IMG/VR virus record: IMGVR_UViG_3300024999_000034
Span: 116,839 to 180,838 of that record
Reading direction: 5' to 3' (one strand)
Length of the DNA: 64,000 nucleotides
Source: a virus
The notes below the pieces were generated by a model. It made no database searches. It was not told the origin of the DNA and worked only from the letters and a program-made list of their open reading frames with translations. Position 1 is the stretch's first letter; the number at the start of each line of letters is the position of its first letter. The position numbers and the translations under genes are program-made. Positions 11,034 to 21,775 of this stretch are shown here, in pieces.

Positions 11034-12278
11034 ATTTAAGATTGGGAAAGTGGAGCATATATGAGTATATAGTAGCATGAAGGAGATTGACAAATGAAAG
11101 AAAACGAATTATCAATTCAAGGAACTATTAACAGTTTAATTAAACTGAGAAAAGATTATATGGGTGCAGGAGGATGTTCAATGACCCATATGGACATTAA
11201 CCAAGAAAAATTAAAGGTACTAAGGAACGCTATTGAATTGTTGAATAAATTATTAGTTTTGCAGAAATAAATCGGTGAATTCATAAGAGGAGGAATTTAT
11301 AATGGCAGGGTGTGGAATTAGACGAAATTGTGAGAATTGCAATAATCAAGTAGAGGTTAAACAATATATTTATTATTGCAAATTTGGAGAAAAGGCTTTT
11401 CAGGAATGTCAGATAGAATATCCTAAAGATTTAAAAGCAGGGAAACTTTATGACCAAACACAGAAAGATTTTATTTTAGAAAAAGATCGTTTTGTGTTAT
11501 TAGAGGGTTATTAATATCCTATATAAATAAATTATAATATAATTAGAAAGGATTTGTATGATGATTATGAAATTATTAATGTATAAAAATTGTGGAGATG
11601 TTTTTAACCTTGACTATGAAGAAAAATATTGTAAATGTAAAGGAGTTGTAGGCAAATATTTAGACAATCTAAATGCCGAATATCATGGAGACGATGCTAT
11701 CCCATTAGGTTTTGCAAACAATAGTATATCTGTAGCTATTAAAAGCCAACCACTAAATGGAATGGGATATAATTTTAATGCTTTTGTTATTCCTAAAGAA
11801 TGTGATACTTTTGTTAGAAAATAAATCAATAAGTCAACAAGTTCGTTGTGTCATAGTACTAGAAAATTATTCCACATTAAAGTATAATAAGTTATGGGGT
11901 GAAAATAATGCAAGTAGAAATTATTTATACAAATGAAACGGGAAAATGGTTGTGGGCAATTCAAATGTATGATACAGATGTTTGGATTGATGCTTTTGAT
12001 ATAAGAGATGATGCAATTGAGCATTGTAGAAAATATGGTCATAAAATTATTAGAATTATTGGGGAAGGAGAATGAGTAATTGAAAACAGATATTAAAAAA
12101 GTAGGTTTCTGGTGGAAATGGAATGAGTATTGTAATAATTGTGGTAGAAAGATTAGAGATTATGATGAATCCTCTTCAAGTGCTGAACCGGATGTAAATA
12201 AGGAAGATTATTGTTTAGAGTGCATGAGAAAGAAATTAGATGGCGGTATTAAATTGTAAAATAAATATTTATAAACTA

Positions 12279-12308
12279 TTGACGTAATAGTTGGGTATAT
12301 GGTATGAT
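12279..12308 (+). promoter_or_regulatory. sigmaA-like promoter with extended -10
   Basis: TTGACG-N18-TATGAT, with TGn before the -10. Confidence 0.6.
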
Positions 12309-12831
12309 ATGGGTAAGAAGAAATTTGAGGAGGATATTAGATTATGGAGTTAAACACAATCAAAAATCTAACAGACGACGAATTAAAAATTTGTTTTGAT
12401 GAAATAGCTGATTATAGGCAAAAGGGAATTATGTCAATAGATACTTTAACAAGAAAAGTCAGAAGTGATATTGCAAAAGAGATTGGCGTAATTTCTTGGG
12501 ACTTAGGATGTGATTCTACTAGCAATTACATTATGTTTGAGATTGCTAAAAGGCATTATGGAGTATCTTGAATTAAATACTCCTCCCTTAAAATATTGAG
12601 AGGTGGAATTAATTATGTCAGAGAATCTTAAACCTGAATGTAAATTAGCTGGTATAAATGGTAATGTATTTAACATAATTGGAACTGTATCCAAAACATT
12701 AAGAAATGCAGGATTAAGAGATAAAGCAGTTGAGTTTTCGGATAGAGCAGTACAGCAGGAAAGTTATGATGCTGTTTTAAGATTGTGTTTTGAATATGTT
12801 GATGTTTGTTAGATTATTTATCTAACTTTAA

Positions 12832-12989
12832 TTTGCCCAAATCACCTGTGCTGAGATGCGAAAGGTGAGCTAATCTTGTGCCTAGTCAACACAAGACAGT
12901 TGAAGTGTTATGGCAAACATCCAATTGTGCAATCAGGATTGGATGAAGACGCTCCTTCCCCAAGGAAATGAACTTAGGGGAATTATTTT
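12832..12989 (+). ncRNA. Candidate structured RNA or leader (multi-stem domain followed by a terminator-like hairpin)
   Basis: TTTGCC/GGCAAA encloses TCACCT/AGGTGA and TCTTGTG/CACAAGA; then CATCCAAT/ATTGGATG; then TTCCCCAAG/CTTAGGGGAA plus a T-rich tail. Confidence 0.4.
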
Positions 12990-13706
12990 AAAATTGAGAG
13001 GTGGGACACATATGGAAAAGAGACACCAATTAGTAGGATATAGTAAAATTGAAGACAGAGAACATTCATTAATGAAATTCAATAGCTATGCAGACTTCAA
13101 GGAAAATCTTATTGATCGGGAAGATTTAGAAGGATATACTGATTATATAGTCATTTAATATTGTAAATAAACTTAAAAAGATGGTTAGTGGATATTTTGC
13201 TTATGACAGGACACGTTAAATGACGTATTTTAAGTTAAGTTAAGTTGAGAGAGGAGGATTCATTTTATGGAACAAAAAGTTTATTGTACTGAGTGTGAAT
13301 ATTTAAAGGATGAAGATGCAGATATCTATAGTGGTAAAGATGATATCATGTATAAGAGTGGAATAAAAGTTATTTTTACATGCTCTAAACACAATGATCG
13401 TTTACTAAATCTATATAGTAATGTTATTTGTCCGTGTAATAAATGTAATGGCAAAGACTTTGAATTTTATACTACAGGGTCTAAAAGGTTAAAACCTAAT
13501 GTGTTATATTAAGTGCAAAAGGTGGTGTAATAAATGTCTAGAAATATTCCATTGGGGAACTTAAATGTATTGGCAGATATTAGTTATACTAATGTATTAG
13601 ATAAATATATAATAGGACTTCATATAGGAAGTATCTATACGATCCTAAATGAGAAATTTAATTCAGAAAAAGAGGCTATGGATTATATATTTAAGAATTT
13701 TTAAAA

Positions 13707-13732
13707 TCCTAGCAAACGTGAACTTTAATGGA
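13707..13732. repeat. Copy of dispersed 10-6-10 palindromic element
   Basis: TCCTAGCAAA-CGTGAA-CTTTAATGGA. Confidence 0.65.
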
Positions 13733-13974
13733 AAGAAGATGATTAAAAATGTTTGTTGTTACAACGGATACTTATGGAGAAAGATATTATATAATGGAAC
13801 AATTGCCAGTTAAATGGACTAAGGAGTTGAATAGAGCAGTCTTGTATGAATTTGTAGCAGAGATACCACCATTGGAAAGTGATTTTGATTATATAGTTAA
13901 AGTAGAACATGATGAAAATGGTAAATTATATATATCACACGAAAATTAAGTTTAAATTGAAGGAGTTGTACATA

Positions 13975-14559
13975 TTGTATCAATCAATGCATGAAATTTT
14001 AAAAGAAGGTAAGGTTGGTAAATTTGAATTAAAGAAGTTTACTATTGGTAATAGTGATTTACGTGCTATGATGGATGGTATTCCAACAGGTGATTATATT
14101 AAGCTTCAGAATCCATGTGATGTTATTATGTCAAATACATCTATGGAGAAAAGAAGTAATGCTAGATTTGTTATGGACGTTCATGGAGATGTTTTTATAG
14201 CAGGATTAGGAATAGGGTTAATAGTATTGCCTATTCAAGACAAAGAAGAAGTAAAATCTATTACTATTTTAGAAAAGTATCCTGAAGTAATTGAATTAGT
14301 TGGTAAACAATTACATTTAAATGAAAAGGTAAAGATTATTCAAGGCGATGTATTTGATTATGAATTTCCAAAAGGAACTAAATTTGATACTTTATATTTT
14401 GATATTTGGAATTATGTGAATTCAGATGTTTATGAGAAAGAAATGAAGGTATTGAAGAAAAAATATAGGAAGTATAAAAGATCATTAAAAGATAATCCAA
14501 ATGCTTTTATTAAATGTTGGGCAGAATATGAGGCCAGATATGATAAACCATTGAGATAG
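13975..14559 (+). CDS. Class I SAM-dependent methyltransferase-like protein (spermidine-synthase-like fold)
   Basis: DVFIAGLGIG glycine-rich motif I, TILEK, IIQGD, DIW; AAGGAG RBS supports TTG 13975. Confidence 0.7.
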   Translation: MYQSMHEILKEGKVGKFELKKFTIGNSDLRAMMDGIPTGDYIKLQNPCDVIMSNTSMEKRSNARFVMDVHGDVFIAGLGIGLIVLPIQDKEEVKSITILEKYPEVIELVGKQLHLNEKVKIIQGDVFDYEFPKGTKFDTLYFDIWNYVNSDVYEKEMKVLKKKYRKYKRSLKDNPNAFIKCWAEYEARYDKPLR

Positions 14560-14561
14560 AT

Positions 14562-14587
14562 TCCGATAAATTTATTCTTTTCTGGGA
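14562..14587. repeat. Copy of dispersed 10-6-10 palindromic element
   Basis: TCCGATAAAT-TTATTC-TTTTCTGGGA, 2 nt after the stop. Confidence 0.7.
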
Positions 14588-14607
14588 TTTAGGAGAGGAA
14601 GTTAGAT

Positions 14608-15039
14608 ATGAATTGTCAATGTGATAATACTTTAGAGTTTACAGATAATAGTATTAAATCTAAAAATGGCAGACATGGAAAAGTGATTCCTATTTATTAT
14701 TGTAGTTCATGTAATGTTGTTTACGATGGATACGAATTAGATTGTAATAATGAATATATCCTTGCAGAAAAGAAGTATATTAAATGGTTTAAAAAATAAA
14801 TTGAAAAGAGGTTTTAGATAATGCCAATAAAAATTGAAGGATTTAATCATTGTGGATGGTCTATAAATATATTTTACAGTGATACAAGATGTGAGCATTT
14901 AAATAAAAACAATACTCGTTGCTTAAAGTATGACAAAAAGCTAATAGAGGATGAAGGCACTGATCCTTGGACTTGCAGGGATGGATTTTCGGTGTTAAGG
15001 TGTGACGAATGTAAATTGGAATATCCAAGAGGCGAGTAG
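14608..15039 (+). other. Two small Cys-containing ORFs (14608..14799, 14821..15039)
   Basis: RBS-preceded ORFs with Cys motifs. Confidence 0.55.
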
Positions 15040-15065
15040 ACTTTAGTATAATGCAAATATAAATA

Positions 15066-15094
15066 TTGTAATATTCTTTCTAGTGTGTTACAAT
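15066..15094 (+). promoter_or_regulatory. sigmaA-like promoter upstream of uvsE
   Basis: TTGTAA-N17-TACAAT with TGn. Confidence 0.5.
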
Positions 15095-15126
15095 ATTTAT
15101 ATTAAAGGCATAGGAGGCAATACATA

Positions 15127-16008
15127 ATGATCAGACACGTAGGATTCGCTTGTATGAGTAAAAAATGCAATACAAAATATCAAACCTTCAGATTAGCTTC
15201 ATTTAGCGAATACAGATTAAAACAAGCAATTACTCATAATATCAATGAAACTGAGCGTACTATTCAACATTGTATATCTAAAGGAATTAAATTATTTAGA
15301 CTAAGCTCTGATTTAGTTCCATTTGCTGCTCATAAGATTATGCAAGATATTGATTATATGAGTTGGATGCAGTCAGATTTGCAAAGGATTGGTGATATAG
15401 CAAAAAATAATAATATGCTATTATCAATGCATCCATCTCAAATGTGCTGTATAAACAGTCCAAAACAAGATGTAGTAAATAATTCTATCAAAGATTTGAT
15501 GTATCATTATGACATTCTTAATGCTATGGGCCTTACTGATTTTAATATCATTATTCATGTTGGTGGAGTTTATGGGAATAAGCCGGAAGCTATGAAGAGA
15601 TTTATTAATGTTTTTAATTGTTTACCTGTTGATTTAAGGAATCATATTTTGCTAGAAAATGATGACAAAAGTTATACAATAAGTGATATAATGGAAATAC
15701 ACAAGGAAACTGGTGTGAGGGTTGTGTTTGATTATCACCATTATGTTTGTAATAATGATGGTACAGAATTGGACTTAGAGGCTATATTTGCTACTTGTGG
15801 GGCTGGTAATGTACCTAAGATACATCTTAGTTCACCTAAGAGTATTAAGGAGTTCAGAAGCCATTCTGATATGATTGATTTTGATTATTGTAAAGATTTC
15901 TTTAAGAAGTATAAGGGATTAGAATTTGATGTAATGATTGAGGCGAAGGATAAGGATTTAGCTGTAGATAAGTTTATTGAGGATTATAGAAGGGAGATAG
16001 AAAGATGA
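15127..16008 (+). CDS. uvsE: UV DNA damage endonuclease (UvsE/UVDE)
   Basis: VGFAC, FRLSSDLVPF, LSMHPSQ, IIIHVGG, LLENDD, VFDYHH, PKIHLSS, HSD, VMIEAKDKD. Confidence 0.92.
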   Translation: MIRHVGFACMSKKCNTKYQTFRLASFSEYRLKQAITHNINETERTIQHCISKGIKLFRLSSDLVPFAAHKIMQDIDYMSWMQSDLQRIGDIAKNNNMLLSMHPSQMCCINSPKQDVVNNSIKDLMYHYDILNAMGLTDFNIIIHVGGVYGNKPEAMKRFINVFNCLPVDLRNHILLENDDKSYTISDIMEIHKETGVRVVFDYHHYVCNNDGTELDLEAIFATCGAGNVPKIHLSSPKSIKEFRSHSDMIDFDYCKDFFKKYKGLEFDVMIEAKDKDLAVDKFIEDYRREIER

Positions 16009-16210
16009 AAATTATATGTAATGAGAGTGAAAAGAAGTGGTTAATAAAAGCATTAGAGAATAGTGAATATGGGTGTCCTAAAGTTCATTCATTGTCAAGA
16101 TGTTTGATACAAGAAACTGATGGTTGTTTAACTTCTACTTTTGAAAATTGTATAGTTAATCAAATAGAATTTGTAGTACAATAAATGATAAGTAAGGAGA
16201 TTATACAGTA

Positions 16211-17740
16211 GTGGATATATTTGATAGAATTCAAGAATTAAACAAAAAAGGTATAATTCTTGATTGTATAGCTGTTAATCAAATAGATAATGGTAATGAA
16301 CAAGGTGTTAAAAATGGAGCATTTCCTTTAATAACTTATACGGTAGAAGTAATGGATACTTCATTAGGTGAAATGTTTTATACAGAATCGTGTGATTCAT
16401 TTAAAGAAGCTATTTATTCAGGAGTAAAATTCGCAGAAGAAAAATAGTGTATATAGGAGGAGATTAGAATAATGTTTCACATTTATAAAAGAGATGATAA
16501 TGGAAATGAAACTAAATTAGAATTTATTAAAATAGAATCTACCAAGCAAGATGCAATTAAAACATGTCAAGAATTAAATATTGAATATTTTGGAACTGCT
16601 TACGCTCCATATTGTTATTTTGAAAAGTAATCCCATAAAGGTGTGGTTTTAATCTAAGTGAGAAAGTAGTGAATTTTACATGAAGAAAAAATATGAGTAT
16701 GATATTGGTGATGGTTTTAAATTTGTTTTAGAAGCAAATTCTCAAGAAGAAGCTGATGAACAATTAAAAGGTTATGATAAGTTTTTTAAAGATTTTGGTA
16801 GAGTTACAAAAGTAATTCTAAATGATATGGTAGATGAATGAGATTTAGGAGGTAAAACAAATGGCATCAATAACTCTCAAAAACATAGCAGAGCATATTA
16901 TGCTAGGTAATGCTAAAACCAGTGAAGAATTTAGTGATAAGATTAAAGGTCAATGGGAATATAGGAGTAATAAAAGTATTTCTGATGTAAATTTGGCAGT
17001 ACAGAAAGGATTAAAACTAGGTAAAGGTAAATCAGAAAGGGAAATCGAATGTGTGGCTATGTATCTGGAAAGTGTTTTGAAGAAAGTTAAGGTTGTTAAG
17101 AAGGAGAGTGTTAAAGATGTTAAAATTTAAAATTGGAGACGAAGTGACAGTTGGTAAAATCGAATTTAAATTTGATGAATCTGAGGGCGAAGGAAGATTT
17201 ATTGGTGGTGTTGGAGTAATTATTGAGGCAGTAGAAGGGATATCTCCTTATCAGATAAAGTTCTATGATAAAGGAACTCAGAAGGTTAATGAGAATATGG
17301 GAAGTAGATTATTTGAGGAATCTGAGTTATTTTTCTTGTAATTGGCATCAAAAAGTAAATTAAATGGAGGAATTATTGAAACGATGGATGGAAGAAGCAT
17401 TGCTATATTAAAACTATATAATCAGCGTAATTACTCATTAAGTTGCTATGATATTGGAATTATTTTAGATGCACCTTCAATATCTATTTCAAATAATGTT
17501 GTTGAGTTACGTGAATTAGAATATATTGATGTTGATATGTTAGAAAAAGACAAACTACATGATAATTTTATTAGTTTGGACACAAAACTTCATATAACTC
17601 AATCTGGAAGATCATATTTGTTTGATTTAAAAGAAGATAAAAAGAATTTTATCATAAAATCTATCACAATTCCATTTATTGTTTCTATTGTAAGTTCTAT
17701 AATTACAACTATAATTACTATAATGTTAAAGAAACCATAA
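16211..17740 (+). other. Array of small hypothetical ORFs (16211..16447, 16861..17130, 17111..17341, 17342..17740 with C-terminal TM helix)
   Basis: Co-oriented ORFs with RBSs. Confidence 0.55.
16631..16656. repeat. Copy of dispersed 10-6-10 palindromic element
   Basis: TCCCATAAAG-GTGTGG-TTTTAATCTA directly after TAA. Confidence 0.65.
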
Positions 17741-17746
17741 AATCAA

Positions 17747-17775
17747 ACCACTTCAATATCTAGTTTCGAAGTGGT
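17747..17775. terminator. Hairpin, probable terminator
   Basis: ACCACTTC-N13-GAAGTGGT just after a stop codon. Confidence 0.45.
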
Positions 17776-17817
17776 GAAAAATTAATTAATAAATTATAAT
17801 AAAGGAGAAATAAAAAT

Positions 17818-18660
17818 TTGGGTAGGAATAGTAGAAATAATAAACAATATATAATGAATCATAGAATTAATAATGGAATCATAGAAAGAAGGTGCAGTAA
17901 ATGCCAAGATTGGTTAGTAGAAGATATAAATAATTATTATATGAGAAACAAGAAGAAACCAGAGTTAGGATATTCACCAGAATGTAAAAAATGTGTTATT
18001 GAAAGATCAGCCATAATACAAAATAATAATAAAGAAAGGTCAGACCAATATAAAAGAAACTGGCGTAAGAAGAATAAAGAAAAAGCAAAGAAACAAAGTG
18101 CGGATTGGCATCAAACTCATAAAGAAAGAAGACAAGAAGACCTTAGACGTTTTGTAAGATTAAATCCAGAAAAAGTGAAAGAATATGGTCAAAATCATAG
18201 AATACACGATATAACTAAAAACGAGTGGGAATGTTGCTTGATAATTTTTGATCATAGATGCGTATATTGCGGAATATCAGAAGAAGAAAGTTTAAAAATA
18301 TATAAACAAGTTTTACATAAAGATCATTATGATCCAAATGGAGTTAATAATCTAAGTAATGCAGTACCAGCTTGTAAAATGTGTAATAGTTTTAAACATC
18401 AAGACGATGCAGAAATATGGTTTAGATCACAAGAATTTTTTGATGAAGATAGTTTGGAGCATATTAAATGGTGGATTACAGAGGGTTATAAAGAATTTAT
18501 TGAAGATAAACCACCCTACAGAATAACTAAGAAACAAAATGAAGATAATAAGAAATTCCACTGGGAATTATGGACAGTGGATGAGAAAAGAAATATAGTG
18601 GAGTGTATACATAGGGTAGATAAGAAGAAGGATTTAGATTTGACATTAATACATAATTAA
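17818..18660 (+). CDS. HNH endonuclease (paralog 2)
   Basis: CVYCG...HKDHY...NAVPACKMCNSFK; C-terminal tail highly similar to that of 9401..10297. Confidence 0.85.
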   Translation: MGRNSRNNKQYIMNHRINNGIIERRCSKCQDWLVEDINNYYMRNKKKPELGYSPECKKCVIERSAIIQNNNKERSDQYKRNWRKKNKEKAKKQSADWHQTHKERRQEDLRRFVRLNPEKVKEYGQNHRIHDITKNEWECCLIIFDHRCVYCGISEEESLKIYKQVLHKDHYDPNGVNNLSNAVPACKMCNSFKHQDDAEIWFRSQEFFDEDSLEHIKWWITEGYKEFIEDKPPYRITKKQNEDNKKFHWELWTVDEKRNIVECIHRVDKKKDLDLTLIHN

Positions 18661-18668
18661 TATATAAT
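18640..18668 (+). promoter_or_regulatory. Perfect-consensus sigmaA promoter embedded in the HNH gene 3' end
   Basis: TTGACA-N17-TATAAT. Confidence 0.8.
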
Positions 18669-18728
18669 TATTATGATAAGAACAAAAACTAAGATTTGAA
18701 GGTAAATAGTATTTAGGAGGTTTTTATT

Positions 18729-20357
18729 ATGAAGTCATTCAGTGATTTTAAGAATGAATATTTTGATAATGTAAGTAATAGTCATACATTTGCGATATTT
18801 AACAAAAGCACAGATAAATTTTTACAATATTATCAAATTGTAAAAGATAATGCAAATGGCAAGTATCGTATATTTGTAATTCCCCTATCTTTTATAAGGC
18901 CAGAAGCATTTGATTCTCAAATAGAAGCCGAAGAATGGATAAAACAAAAAGATGTTATTATTTCCAAAAAAGCATTTTTATCATATAGCTTAGAAAAAAT
19001 TGAAGAGTGATACTTTCAAACTTTGATATTATAGGAATTAGGAGGAAACAATCGTGAGAGTTAAATTTAATGATAAAATATATTTATGTACAAAGGTAAC
19101 ACATACTCCAAATAGCAAACTATTGTTATTTACTACTTCTAATGGAATATATACTACTGATATGAAAACATTAGAAAACGCTAATACTTACTATAAAGAC
19201 ATACTGATTAATGGATATTTAGATGTGTCAGATTTTGAATACTGTAATTGATAAAATACTCAGTTGAAAATAGGAGGAACCAAATAAATGAAATTACTAA
19301 AATCTTCTCACTCAAAAACATTCCATTATGATAATGCAGAAGAAAGATTAAATCATATCTCAGAAATGGAATTACAAGGATGGACATGTAGCGGTCAAGT
19401 CAAGGAGTTTACTGGCAATTTGTGGTTTAAAGATGAAATAGAGGATGAAAGTAAATATTATTATGTTGGTAGATTTTATAAAGAGGAGAGATAGGAGAAT
19501 ATTTTGTGAATAAATATATTTGGGAAAAGTCTAATAAAGAAATATCAGAATATAATTCATACTATAGGTGTGACATTATTTTTACAAATGAAGTAATTTA
19601 TAATGGCAAATTGTATTATTGTACACAGGATAATATTATAAATATCACTCCTTTAGATTATGATTGATATTTAATATACTTAACTTCCTAGTCATTATTT
19701 ACATTAAATTTTAATAATTACATTTAATTTAACTCTATATTATTTAAAAATAAATATTTAAAGGAGATTATAATATGTATTATGTTTACACAATTTGTAT
19801 GAAAAACGGTAAAGAATATAAAACTGAAGTCAAGCAAAATCTTAATGAATTAATAAATCAACTTATGCCAAAAGATCCTTATGAAATTAAAATATTTCAT
19901 TGTAATTTATTCAATGGTGAAGGTGAGAGCGTAGCTATAATCGGGAGCGAAGTGTCAAGCATTGAATATCTTGTTACTAAAGAATCAATTTTGGCAAGTA
20001 TGTAAATAATTATTTGACTTTGTTGGTTAGTATATGTTACAATAAATACATAAATAATTATTTAGGAGTGATACACAAATGGCATCAGGAGAGGGAATCA
20101 GAAGTTTTATACATAAGCATTCATTATCTACAAGTTATAAAATAATTCCAGAAGGAGATAGGAAAATTAATTATATTCCAAATATAAAATATGATTGTCC
20201 TGTTTGCGGTGGTCATAATATTGGTACAGTGATAGGTGGGAATAAATATTGTCAAGATTGTTGTATAGAATATGATAATATGGGTGAAATATTCTCTATT
20301 CAATGGAATGGTGAATTAGTGCCTTATTATGTAAATGAATTTATAGATTGTGAATAG
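18729..20357 (+). other. Array of small hypothetical ORFs (18729..19010, 19054..19251, 19288..19494, 19775..20005, 20079..20357 with CxxC pairs)
   Basis: Co-oriented ORFs with AGGAG RBSs. Confidence 0.6.
20014..20043 (+). promoter_or_regulatory. sigmaA-like promoter
   Basis: TTGACT-N18-TACAAT with TGn. Confidence 0.6.
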
Positions 20358-20368
20358 GAGGATATATA

Positions 20369-21046
20369 ATGATTTTTATTACTGGCGATACACATGGAAA
20401 TGTAAAAAGGTTTAATATGGATAATTTTTCAATACAAAAAGAATTAACTAAAGAAGATTATATGATTATTACAGGTGATTTTGGTTTAGTATGGGATAAT
20501 TCAAAAGAAGAAAAATATTGGCTAGACTGGTTAAATAAGAAAAGTTATGTTACTCTTTTTGTTGATGGAAACCACTCGAATCACTCAATATTAGATTCTC
20601 TTCCAGTTTCAATATGGAATGGTGGTAAAGTACATTTTATTAATGATAGCGTTATTCATTTAATGAGAGGTCAGGTTTTTAATATCAATGGCAAAAAGAT
20701 ATTTACATTTGGTGGAGCTGATTCTATTGACAAGCAACACAGAATTGAAGGTAAATCATGGTGGAAAAGAGAAATGCCATCACATGCCGAATATGAAGAT
20801 GGATTAGATAATTTAGAAAAGCATGACTTTAATGTAGATTATGTTGTCTCACACGATTGTTCTACAAGTGTTTTTGAGAAATTAATGGCAGGGTTGTGGG
20901 TTAAGAATTTAACTTCAATTAACAAGTATTTTGAAGTCTTAGAAGATAAATTGAAGTATAAGCAATGGTACTTTGGGCATTATCATGAGGATCGGTGGAT
21001 TGATGAGAAACATAGATTGATTTATCATGATATTGAGCTATTATAA
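20369..21046 (+). CDS. Calcineurin-like metallophosphoesterase (second family)
   Basis: TGDTHG, TGDFG, VDGNH, VSHDC, FGHYH. Confidence 0.9.
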   Translation: MIFITGDTHGNVKRFNMDNFSIQKELTKEDYMIITGDFGLVWDNSKEEKYWLDWLNKKSYVTLFVDGNHSNHSILDSLPVSIWNGGKVHFINDSVIHLMRGQVFNINGKKIFTFGGADSIDKQHRIEGKSWWKREMPSHAEYEDGLDNLEKHDFNVDYVVSHDCSTSVFEKLMAGLWVKNLTSINKYFEVLEDKLKYKQWYFGHYHEDRWIDEKHRLIYHDIELL

Positions 21047-21590
21047 GGGGAGTGAAAAATATGACAGACGAAGAGAAATTAAACTTATCTACAGAAGAAA
21101 AGCTTAAATTAGTTGCAGATCACATTGAAAATATGACAGATGAAGAATTCGAAAAAGAATGTGGACATCTTTTCATAGAAAAGGGTTCAATAGAAAGTCC
21201 TTGGCATCCATCTAAACAAAATAGTTTCTATCTTTGTTGGTATTGTGGAAAAGATGGTAATGCTCATTTATGTACAGATGGAATGGGTAGAGGTTTCTGT
21301 CCTGATTGTAGAGAAAGAGCAGAGAAGGAATTCTTAGATTGGGAACATCCTAAAGAAAGGGAGAGTTGGTAAGATGAATAGAGAAAAGAGTATGGTTCAA
21401 GTATGTATATCTATATTCTTTAATTATGGTTCATTGATTATGGCATGTATTAATGAATTTTATTATCATAAACCATTGGATGCATTAGTGTTTGTTCTTA
21501 TTATTAATGCAATGTTTCTAAGGGAAATTAGTCATAAATTAAATAAGCGAACAATTATATAATTTCTTCCCGATTAAATGAAAATAAAGC

Positions 21591-21619
21591 TTGACACAAA
21601 TCGATAAATAATATATACT
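21591..21619 (+). promoter_or_regulatory. sigmaA-like promoter
   Basis: TTGACA-N17-TATACT. Confidence 0.75.
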
Positions 21620-21775
21620 AAACACAAGGTAAATCAAAAACATTACATAAGTTAAGAACTAAAGGATGTGAAACTGAATGTTGGTAAGTGGCCATACATA
21701 ACTAAGCAAATCAAATTTATCTCAATCACGAATTACATTGAATTGTAAAATAAAATATATTGGAGGGTAAATAAA

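Larger units (their letters stand above)
10876..13949 (+). other. Array of small hypothetical ORFs (11302..11514, 11558..11824, 12344..12571, 12603..12812, 13012..13158, 13267..13512, 13749..13949 and others)
   Basis: Co-oriented short ORFs with RBSs; several Cys-rich. Confidence 0.6.

Noticed and set aside
12842-12868. Hammerhead ribozyme (CTGAGA...GAAA), TPP riboswitch or c-di-GMP-I riboswitch (GGCAAAC...GACGC)
   Set aside because: Stem I/II and a cleavable NUH are missing; the TPP ACCUGA core and the GEMM CGCAAAGC and GNRA stem are absent
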